NCBI GenBank assembly: GCA_963720545.1
Contig: OY970399.1
Coordinates: 2,432,001-2,496,000, forward strand
Source of the DNA: an uncultured Acidobacteriota bacterium
GTDB taxonomy: Bacteria > Acidobacteriota > Vicinamibacteria > Fen-336
DNA: 64,000 nt
Direction of reading: 5' to 3'
Shown here: positions 29,984 through 37,606 of the stretch, piece by piece
Layout: each line of letters begins with the position of its first letter
Position numbering within the stretch: position 1 is the stretch's first letter
Made by a program: the position numbers and the translations under genes
The notes under the pieces: model-generated
Databases searched by the model: none
What the model saw: only the letters and a program-made list of their open reading frames with translations
Told to the model about the DNA's origin: nothing

Positions 29984-31654
29984 ATGCTCAAAACCTGCCT
30001 GCGCCTGGCCGTGTTCGTGGCCGCCACAGCGCCTCTCCACGCCGACACCTATCCGCGCCAAAGCGGCGTCGACATCGCGCGCTACGTGTTCAAGCTGTCG
30101 CTCCAGGATGGCAGCGACGAGATCGCGGCAGAGGCCCGGATCGACGGCGAGCGCACCACTGCACTTCCGCCGCCGCAGGCTCTGGTCCTCGACCTGGTGA
30201 AGCAGTCGGCGGCGCGCGCCGGCAAGGGCATGGCCGTCCGCGCCGTCGAGGTGAACGGCGCACTCGCCGCGTTCAGCCACGAACAGGACCGGCTCAGCGT
30301 GCCGCTGCCGCCGGGGGCACCGCACACGCGCTTCAGCGTGCTGGTGCGCTACCACGGCGTGCCGGCCGAAGCGCTGCGCATCGGCCCGAATCGCTATGGC
30401 GAGCGCACCTTCTTCAGCAGCAACTGGCCGGACCTGGCACGCAATTGGCTGCCGGTCGTGGACCATCCCTACGACAAGGCGGCGTGCGAATTCGACATCG
30501 AGGCGCCGGCGCACTACCAGGTGCTCGCGAGCGGCGTGCTGGTCGAGGAGACCGACCTCGACGGCGACCGGCGGCGCACCCGCTGGCGGCAGGATGTGCC
30601 GATTGCGCCGTGGCTCTACGGCATAGGCGTCGCGCGCTTCGCGGTGGAACAGCTCGGCACCGTGCGCGGCACGCCCCTCTCGACCTGGGTCTACGCCCGC
30701 GACCGCGACCACGGCTTTGGCACCTTCGCCCATCCGACGCCCGAAGCGTTCTCTTTCTTCAGCGAGAACGTCGGCCCTTACGCCTACGGCAAGCTCGCGA
30801 ACGTGCAGGCGGCGGGCGTGCGCGGCGGCATGGAGCTCGCCGGCAACATCTTCTACGGCGAGGATTCGGTCGCGGGCCCGCGCGTCACCGAGCGCTGGCA
30901 CGACGTCATCGTCCATGAGATCGCCCACCAGTGGTTCGGCGACTCGGTCACCGAAAACGACTGGGACGACGTCTGGCTGAGCGAAGGCTTCGCCACTTAC
31001 TTCACGCTGCTCTTCAACGAGCGCACCTACGGGCGCGACGTGTTCCTCGCCAAGCTGGAGGCAAGCCGCAGGCAGGTGCTCGAGTTCGCCGCCGCCAATC
31101 CCGGCTACCGGGTGATCCACGAGAACCTCGCCGACATGACGAAGGTGCTGAGCGGGCAGATCTACCAGAAGGGCGCCTGGACGCTGCACATGCTGCGCGG
31201 CGTGGTGGGCGACGACGCCTTCTGGCGTGGCGTGCGCGAGTATTACCGGCGCTACGCGGGTGGCAACGCGACCACCGCCGACTTCGAGCGTTGTCTCGAG
31301 GACGCATCGGGCCAGGAGCTCGGCTTCATGTTCGACCAGTGGCTGCGCCGCGCCGACATTCCGCAGGTGAGCGCCGGCTGGAGCTACGACGAGGCCGTGC
31401 ACCAGGTGCGGCTCGAGATGACGCAGGGGGCTGCCGCCTCCGACCCGGGCGCCGCCGCCTTCAAGCCGCTCCGCTTGCCGATGCAGGTCGAGATCCGCGC
31501 GGCCGATGGCAGCACCCGCCGCGAGGCGGTGACCTTCGATCGCGAGCGCCAGGAATTCACGTTCGCGGCGCCAGCGCGGCCGGCCGCTGTTGTCTTCGAC
31601 CCGGACAATTTCGTGCTGATGGCCGCTGCGTCGCGCACCGCCGAAGCGCGCTAG
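29984..31654 (+). CDS. Secreted M1 family aminopeptidase
   Basis: GGMEL, HEIAHQWFG, WLSEGFATY and YQKGAW. Signal peptide after ATG 29984. Confidence 0.92.
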   Translation: MLKTCLRLAVFVAATAPLHADTYPRQSGVDIARYVFKLSLQDGSDEIAAEARIDGERTTALPPPQALVLDLVKQSAARAGKGMAVRAVEVNGALAAFSHEQDRLSVPLPPGAPHTRFSVLVRYHGVPAEALRIGPNRYGERTFFSSNWPDLARNWLPVVDHPYDKAACEFDIEAPAHYQVLASGVLVEETDLDGDRRRTRWRQDVPIAPWLYGIGVARFAVEQLGTVRGTPLSTWVYARDRDHGFGTFAHPTPEAFSFFSENVGPYAYGKLANVQAAGVRGGMELAGNIFYGEDSVAGPRVTERWHDVIVHEIAHQWFGDSVTENDWDDVWLSEGFATYFTLLFNERTYGRDVFLAKLEASRRQVLEFAAANPGYRVIHENLADMTKVLSGQIYQKGAWTLHMLRGVVGDDAFWRGVREYYRRYAGGNATTADFERCLEDASGQELGFMFDQWLRRADIPQVSAGWSYDEAVHQVRLEMTQGAAASDPGAAAFKPLRLPMQVEIRAADGSTRREAVTFDRERQEFTFAAPARPAAVVFDPDNFVLMAAASRTAEAR

Positions 31655-31664
31655 TATCGAAGGG

Positions 31665-32567
31665 TTGACCCCCACCGAACAGCATCATCAGGGCTTCGTC
31701 GAGTGGCTCGACGCGCATCGCCGGCTGCTGGTGATCACCGGCGCCGGTTGCAGCACCGCTTCGGGCATCCCCGACTACCGCGACCGCAACGGCGACTGGA
31801 AGCACAAGCGCCCGGTGTCCTACGGCGACTTCGTCGGCAGCGCCGCGGTGCGCCAACGCTACTGGGCGCGCAGCCTGGTCGGCTTCGCGCGCGTCGCCGC
31901 CGCCGAACCGAACGTGGCGCACCGCGCACTGGCGCGCCTCGAAGCCATGGGCCGCGTCGAGCGCGTCGTCACCCAGAACGTGGATGGCCTGCATCAGCGC
32001 GCCGGCAGCCGCGCTGTCATCGACCTGCACGGACGGCTCGACGCGGTGGGCTGCCTCGACTGCGGGCAGCGCGTGGCGCGCGCCGATGTGCAGACGCTGC
32101 TCGTCGCCTGGAACCCGCGCTTTGCCGCGGTGGCGGCGATGGCGGCTGCCGGTGCGGCACCCGACGGCGATGCCGTGCTCGAAGGGCCGTTCGACGACCT
32201 CGCGGTTCCCGACTGTCCCGCGTGCGGCGGCGTGCTCAAGCCCGCGGTGGTGTTCTTCGGCGAGAGCGTGCCGAAGCCGGTGGTGGCCGACGCTTACAGC
32301 GCCCTGCAGCGAGCGGACGCCGTGCTGGTCGTGGGTTCGTCGCTGATGGTCTATTCGAGCTTCCGCTTCTGCACGGCCGCAGCGCAGGCCGGCAAGCCGT
32401 TGGCACTGCTGAACCTCGGGCGTACGCGCGCCGACGACATCGCGTCCGCGCGCTTCGCGCTCGAATGCGGCGCCGCCCTCAGCGCCGCGGTCGAGGAACT
32501 TCGCTATCCCGGCACCTTCCAGGCGACGGTGCCGCGCGGCGGGTCGTACCAGCCCGGATCGCCGTAG
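31665..32567 (+). CDS. NAD-dependent protein deacylase (sirtuin, class II-like)
   Basis: TGAGCSTASGIPDYR, TQNVDGLH, LHG, two CxxC motifs, KPAVVFFGE and GSSL. Confidence 0.93.
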   Translation: MTPTEQHHQGFVEWLDAHRRLLVITGAGCSTASGIPDYRDRNGDWKHKRPVSYGDFVGSAAVRQRYWARSLVGFARVAAAEPNVAHRALARLEAMGRVERVVTQNVDGLHQRAGSRAVIDLHGRLDAVGCLDCGQRVARADVQTLLVAWNPRFAAVAAMAAAGAAPDGDAVLEGPFDDLAVPDCPACGGVLKPAVVFFGESVPKPVVADAYSALQRADAVLVVGSSLMVYSSFRFCTAAAQAGKPLALLNLGRTRADDIASARFALECGAALSAAVEELRYPGTFQATVPRGGSYQPGSP

Positions 32568-33730
32568 CCGCGCAGCCCGGCGCGGATCTTGATGATCGTG
32601 AACATCCCGCCCATCTCGATGTTGCCGTAGGGTCCCGCGCCGGTCATCATCGGCAGCGTGTTCGGCAGCGTGCCGAGGTGCTCGGCATGCGCCGCGTGCT
32701 CGGACATCCCCGCGGTGCCCATCGCCATCGAGCCCGGCACGAGCGCATCAAGCTGCTTCTGCAGCTCCTTCTGGTCCACACCGAGGACGTTCGGCAGCGT
32801 GTGATTCATGGCGTTCATCGCGTGATGCGCCTTGTGGCAGTGGAACGGCCAATCGCCCTCGAGGTTGGCGTCGAACTCCACGGTGCGGGTGGTGCCGGGC
32901 GGCACGTTGACCGTGCTCTGCGGCCACTGCGCCGACTGCGGGATGGCACCGGCATCGGTGCCGGTGAGCCACAGGTGATGGCCGTGGATGTGCAGCGGAT
33001 GGCTGTCCATGCTGACGTTGGCGGCGCGAATGCGCACCCGCTGGCCCTGCCGCACCACCAGCGGCGCCGTGCCGGGAAACGCCCGCCCGTTGAAGGTGAA
33101 GATGTTGAAGTCGCTCATCACGTTCGGGTTTGGGGTGGCGGTGCCCGGCTCGACCGACCACTCGTGCGGGAACAGGCAGAAGTCGCGTGCCACGCGCGGG
33201 CCTGCGGCGGCGCGCGGGTGGATGACGAAGAAGCCCATCATCCCCATGGCCATCTGCACGGTCTCGTCGGCGTGCGGGTGATACATGTAGGTGCCGTGCT
33301 GCCGGAGCGTGAACTCGTAGGCGAACGTTTCGCCCGGCTTGATCGCAGGCTGCGTCAGCCCGGCGACGCCGTCCATGCCGTTCGGCAGGAGGATGCCGTG
33401 CCAGTGGATGCTCGTGTGTTCCGCGAGGCGATTGGTGACCAGCAGGCGCACGCGATCGCCTTCGACCGCCTCGATCGTCGGACCCGGCGTCTGGCCGTTG
33501 TAGCCCCAGCAGTTCACCACCATCCCGGGCGCGAATTCGCGCGCCACCGGTTCGGCGACCAGATGGAATTCCTTGACCCCGCCCTGCATCGTGAACGGCA
33601 GCGTCGTGCCGTTCGGTGTCACCACCGGCGTATACCCGGCTGCCGGGGATGCGGCGCCGAGCCGGTTCATGAATGCGGTTGCGCCCGCGAACAGGCCGCC
33701 GCTCGCGAGGATCCTGCGCCTGGTAGTCAT
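32504..33730 (-). CDS. Two-domain multicopper oxidase with twin-arginine signal
   Basis: TRRRIL, HWHG, MYHPH, HPLHIHGH, HCHKAHHAMNAM and a Met/His-rich tail. ATGA overlap with the TolC gene. Confidence 0.9.
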   Translation of the reverse strand: MTTRRRILASGGLFAGATAFMNRLGAASPAAGYTPVVTPNGTTLPFTMQGGVKEFHLVAEPVAREFAPGMVVNCWGYNGQTPGPTIEAVEGDRVRLLVTNRLAEHTSIHWHGILLPNGMDGVAGLTQPAIKPGETFAYEFTLRQHGTYMYHPHADETVQMAMGMMGFFVIHPRAAAGPRVARDFCLFPHEWSVEPGTATPNPNVMSDFNIFTFNGRAFPGTAPLVVRQGQRVRIRAANVSMDSHPLHIHGHHLWLTGTDAGAIPQSAQWPQSTVNVPPGTTRTVEFDANLEGDWPFHCHKAHHAMNAMNHTLPNVLGVDQKELQKQLDALVPGSMAMGTAGMSEHAAHAEHLGTLPNTLPMMTGAGPYGNIEMGGMFTIIKIRAGLRGYGDPGWYDPPRGTVAWKVPG

Positions 33731-35091
33731 CGCTTCTCTCCTTCGGAAGTGGCTCCGCCGGGCAGCGCGCCGCCGAGTGCGGCCTCGAGCTCGGCGCGCG
33801 CGATCCAGTAGTCGCGCCACGCGCCGACATAGGCGCGCTCCGCCTCCACTTCCGCGCGCTTCGCGAGCAGCAGGTCGTAGGCCGAGGCGAACATCGAGTT
33901 GTAGTGCTGCAGCGTCAATGCCAGGACGCGGCGGCGCTGGGGCAGCAGCGTGTCTCGCCAGGACCTGGCGAGCTCGCGGTTCGCAAGCACCTTCGCGCCG
34001 GCCTCGCGCACCTCGGAACGCGCCGTGAGCGCCGCTGCCTCGAGCAGGCGCTGGGCGCGGCGATGCTCGGCTTCGAGGCGCCGCAGCGAGGCGCTGCCGG
34101 TGTTGAAGATCGGCAGCTGCAGCGCCACTTCCGGCCCGGTGACGCGCGGCCCGCCCGCGGCGTCGCGCTCGGTGCTGATCCCAGCGTGCAGGCCCGCGGG
34201 GAAGAAGCGCGTCCTGCGCCGCGCCGCGAGCGCGCGGCCGACGAGGTCGACGCCGAAGCGCGCCGCCGCCACGTCCTGCCGCTGGCTCACCGCGGTTTCC
34301 TCCAGGCCGGCCTGTTCGAGTTCGACAGGCGGCAGTTCCGGCAGCGGGCCGCCAAGCAGCCAGGCGGTGTCGCCGCCCCACAACCCGAGCAGGCGATTGA
34401 CGCGCTCGCGGCCAAGCACGGCATCGGCACGGGCCCTCGTCAGGTCGAGCCGCGCTTCCATCTGCAATGCCGCCTGGTTCTCGGCTTCGAGAGCGCCGAG
34501 CGTGCCCGCCGCGAGCTGCCGCTGCGCGAAATCGGCGCCGGTCGTGGCCAGAGCCTCGATGGTGGCAAGCCGCCGCACCAGTTCTTCCTGCGCCTGCAGC
34601 TGCAGGACCGCGGTGCGCGCTTCGGTCGCGAGTGTCAGCACCTGGTACGAGAGCCGGGCGCGGGCGCGCTCCAGTTCGACCGCGGCGATGCCCTTGCGCG
34701 CCGGGCGCGCGAACACGTCGAAGATGTTCGCGAGCAGCGAGAACTCGGTGTTGGTGCCGCCGCCGAAGCGGACGAGTCCGGTGAACTCGGGGTTTTCGAG
34801 GGCCGAGGCTTCTGCGAGCGCCGCGCGCGACACCCCGACTTCCTCGAACCCGGCGAGGAGTTGCGGGTTGTTGAGCACGGCGATGCGCGCGGCGGCCGCG
34901 GGTTGCAGGCCGCCTTCGAGCAGGCGGCGCACGTCGTCGGGCGCGGCGCGCAGCGCGGCGCCCGGCGCCTGGGGCAGCGACGGATCGACGGGCGAGAGCC
35001 TGGGCGGCGGGGTGGTCCCGGCACAGCCGGCTACGGTTACGACCAACAGGCCGGTGGCGCAAAACGGCAGGATGGTGCTGCGATTCGGCAT
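33727..35091 (-). CDS. TolC family outer-membrane lipoprotein
   Basis: Lipobox VAGC, AVLNNPQL, LQLPIFN and YWIARAELEAALGG. Confidence 0.88.
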   Translation of the reverse strand: MPNRSTILPFCATGLLVVTVAGCAGTTPPPRLSPVDPSLPQAPGAALRAAPDDVRRLLEGGLQPAAAARIAVLNNPQLLAGFEEVGVSRAALAEASALENPEFTGLVRFGGGTNTEFSLLANIFDVFARPARKGIAAVELERARARLSYQVLTLATEARTAVLQLQAQEELVRRLATIEALATTGADFAQRQLAAGTLGALEAENQAALQMEARLDLTRARADAVLGRERVNRLLGLWGGDTAWLLGGPLPELPPVELEQAGLEETAVSQRQDVAAARFGVDLVGRALAARRRTRFFPAGLHAGISTERDAAGGPRVTGPEVALQLPIFNTGSASLRRLEAEHRRAQRLLEAAALTARSEVREAGAKVLANRELARSWRDTLLPQRRRVLALTLQHYNSMFASAYDLLLAKRAEVEAERAYVGAWRDYWIARAELEAALGGALPGGATSEGEKR

Positions 35092-35154
35092 CGTGAAAAC
35101 CCTCGGCGAGAGACGGCGGCTGCTGCGGCGGGAGAGGGGGCGCTTATGCGCCGA

Positions 35155-35550
35155 TCAGACGCGGAGGATGGCGAACGCGGGGGGGCGGGGAAGGGGCTGC
35201 AGGTCGGCGGGCGGGAACGTGTCCTGGATGTAAGGCAGCCCCCGCGGGTCGCCCAGCGAAGCGGGCTGCAGTACGGCGAGCGCGGCAGCCGGCGCCGGCG
35301 TCGCGGCGGTCGTGCGCGCGGACCAATCGGGGCGCGCCGCGCCGCAGCAGCAAGCCGCTTCGATTGCGGCGCTCGCGACCGCGTTCGCGGACGCGTTGTC
35401 TTCGCAGTGACTGGCACCGGCCGCGGACTGCGCCGCTGCCGCCGCGCACCCGCAGGGCGCGACGAGCGAAACCGCGAGCACCGCCGCGAGGGCAAGCGCC
35501 GTGAAGCGGGTGCGGTTGCGGGCCGGGGTCGCTCTGCCAGTCGCCATCAC
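35155..35550 (-). CDS. Small Cys-containing exported protein upstream of TolC/MCO
   Basis: TM segment, CGC, HC and CCC motifs, Pro-rich C-terminus PRPPAFAILRV. A TAGACT -10-like element lies 6 nt before the GTG. Confidence 0.6.
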   Translation of the reverse strand: MMATGRATPARNRTRFTALALAAVLAVSLVAPCGCAAAAAQSAAGASHCEDNASANAVASAAIEAACCCGAARPDWSARTTAATPAPAAALAVLQPASLGDPRGLPYIQDTFPPADLQPLPRPPAFAILRV

Positions 35551-35602
35551 CCTGCCAGTCTAGGGCCGGGCGCGGCCGGAGCGCTATAGACTTCGCCGCA
35601 AC

Positions 35603-37177
35603 ATGATTCATTACATTGCCTCTTTGCTCCTCGCCGCCGCACCCGCCGCGGCGCCCGCCAGGATCCCCGCGACCGCAATCCCTCCCGGCCTCGACGCCTA
35701 CGTCGACAGGGCGCTGGCTGCCTTCGGCACGCCCGGCGCGGCACTCGCGATCGTGAAGGACGGCAAGGTCGTGCTCTCGAAGGGCTACGGCGTGCGCCGC
35801 CAGGGTGGCACCGAGCGGGTGGACGGCGGCACCGTCTTCGGCATCGCCTCCAACACCAAGGCGTTCACGGCGGCGGCATTCGCGATTCTCGCCGACGAGG
35901 GCAAGCTGCGCTGGGACGACCCCGTGGTCAAGCACCTGCCCGGATTCCAGATGTGGGATCCGTGGGTGACCCGTGAGATTTCGGTGGCGGAGCTGTTGCC
36001 GCACCACAGCGGGCTCGGCCTCGGGCAGGGCGATCTCCTCTACTTCCCGGCGTCGAACCTGAACCGGGACGAGATCGTGCGCCGCGTGCGCTACCTGCAG
36101 CCCGCGACCAGCTTCCGCAGCGGCTATGCATACGACAACATCCTCTATGTCGTCGCCGACCAACTGGTGGAGGCGGTGGCTGGCAAGCCGTGGGACGCGT
36201 TCGTCAAGGAGCGGATCCTCACCCCGCTCGGCATGACCGGCTGCACCACCACATCCGTCTCGGCGCTCGCCGGCAGGCAGGACGTGTCCACCCCGCACGC
36301 GTTCGTCGCCGGCAAGGTGGTGCCCACGACCCGCTCGTCGATAGACGCCCTGCAGGCTGCGGGCGGCATCAACTCCTGCAGCGACGAGATGGCGCGCTGG
36401 CTCATGGCCCAGCTCGGCCGCGGCCAGCTGCCGGGTGCCGCCGGCCGGCTGTTCACCGAGAAGCAGTCCGACTGGATGTGGACGCCGCAGACCATCCTGC
36501 CGATGGGGCCGATGCCGCCGGGGCTCGAGTCGCTGCGCGCCAACTTCACCGCCTATGGTTCGGGCTGGGCTTTCTTCGACTTCGCTGGCCGCAAGATCGT
36601 CACGCACGATGGCGGGCTCATCGGCGAGGTGTCGCGCGTGGTCCTGGTACCGAGCGAGAACCTCGGCATCGTCCTGCTGACGAACGGCGAACTCACCGGA
36701 GCGCTGCACGCGATCAGCTGGCGACTCCTCGACTTCTACCTCAAGGGCGAGGCGCGCGACTGGATCGCGCCGTTCCGCAAGCTGCGCGATACCGAGGAGG
36801 CCGAGGCCGCAAAAGTGGAAGGCGCCGCCGACTCGGGCCGGATGGCGGGCTCGCGCCCGTCGCTGGAACCGGCCCGTTATGCTGGCACCTACCGCGACCA
36901 GTGGTTCGGCGACGTCACGCTGAGCCTTGCCGAAGGCGGGCTGCACTTCGCGGCGGCAGCCACGCCGAAACTGAGCGGCCGGCTCGAGCACTGGCAGCAC
37001 GACACCTTCCGCGTGAAATGGGAGGACCCGGTGATTCCCGACGCGTTCCTGACGTTTGCCCTCACCCCCGAGGGCGGCATCGATACTTTCAGGATGAAGG
37101 CGGTATCGCCGCTCGCCGACTTCAGCTTCGACTACCAGGACCTCCTGTTCCGGCCGGTGGCGCCAGCGGCCAGGTAG
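35603..37177 (+). CDS. Serine hydrolase, beta-lactamase family, with DUF3471-like C-terminus
   Basis: IASNTKAF (SxxK), YAYDN (YxN), THDGG and YAGTYRDQWFG. Confidence 0.9.
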   Translation: MIHYIASLLLAAAPAAAPARIPATAIPPGLDAYVDRALAAFGTPGAALAIVKDGKVVLSKGYGVRRQGGTERVDGGTVFGIASNTKAFTAAAFAILADEGKLRWDDPVVKHLPGFQMWDPWVTREISVAELLPHHSGLGLGQGDLLYFPASNLNRDEIVRRVRYLQPATSFRSGYAYDNILYVVADQLVEAVAGKPWDAFVKERILTPLGMTGCTTTSVSALAGRQDVSTPHAFVAGKVVPTTRSSIDALQAAGGINSCSDEMARWLMAQLGRGQLPGAAGRLFTEKQSDWMWTPQTILPMGPMPPGLESLRANFTAYGSGWAFFDFAGRKIVTHDGGLIGEVSRVVLVPSENLGIVLLTNGELTGALHAISWRLLDFYLKGEARDWIAPFRKLRDTEEAEAAKVEGAADSGRMAGSRPSLEPARYAGTYRDQWFGDVTLSLAEGGLHFAAAATPKLSGRLEHWQHDTFRVKWEDPVIPDAFLTFALTPEGGIDTFRMKAVSPLADFSFDYQDLLFRPVAPAAR

Positions 37178-37182
37178 CCGCC

Positions 37183-37206
37183 AACCTTTTCCGCCGGGCC
37201 GCCGTC
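37183..37206 (+). promoter_or_regulatory. Putative ECF sigma promoter AAC-N17-CGTC upstream of padR
   Basis: AAC at 37183-37185, then CTTTT, and CGTC at 37203-37206. Same spacing as the site at 5577. Confidence 0.45.
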
Positions 37207-37249
37207 CAAGGGACAAGCATCAGGTGTGCTATATGATGCCTTCCTATAT

Positions 37250-37606
37250 ATGGACATCCAAACGGCCGCACCGGCGACCATCGAGGCGGCGAAGAAGGGC
37301 AGCGCCGACCTCCTCATCCTGGCACTCGTGGACGAGCGGCCGCTGCACGGTTACGACATCGCCCGCCTGATCGAGGCGCGCTCGGGCGGCACGCTGCGCT
37401 TCACTCTCGCGTCCCTGTACGCGACCCTCTACCGGCTGGAGGAGCGCGAGCAGCTCAAGGGCGCGTGGCTCGAGAAGGCGGGGCAGCGCCGCCGCCGCTA
37501 CTACCGCATCACGCTGAAGGGCCGGAAGCTGCTGGCCGAGCAGCGCGCCGACTGGACGCGCTTCATCGCGGCACTGAGCGCCGTTGCCGGGCTCAACCAG
37601 GCATGA
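37250..37606 (+). CDS. PadR family transcriptional regulator
   Basis: KGSADLLILAL, HGYDI, SLYATLYRLE and RRRYYRIT. Confidence 0.93.
   Translation: MDIQTAAPATIEAAKKGSADLLILALVDERPLHGYDIARLIEARSGGTLRFTLASLYATLYRLEEREQLKGAWLEKAGQRRRRYYRITLKGRKLLAEQRADWTRFIAALSAVAGLNQA

Noticed and set aside
28815..32567. NAD-centred anti-phage defence island (RES plus Sir2)
   Set aside because: The sirtuin is a conventional Zn-binding deacylase rather than a ThsA/DSR-type effector, an aminopeptidase lies between the genes, and no other defence genes are present.
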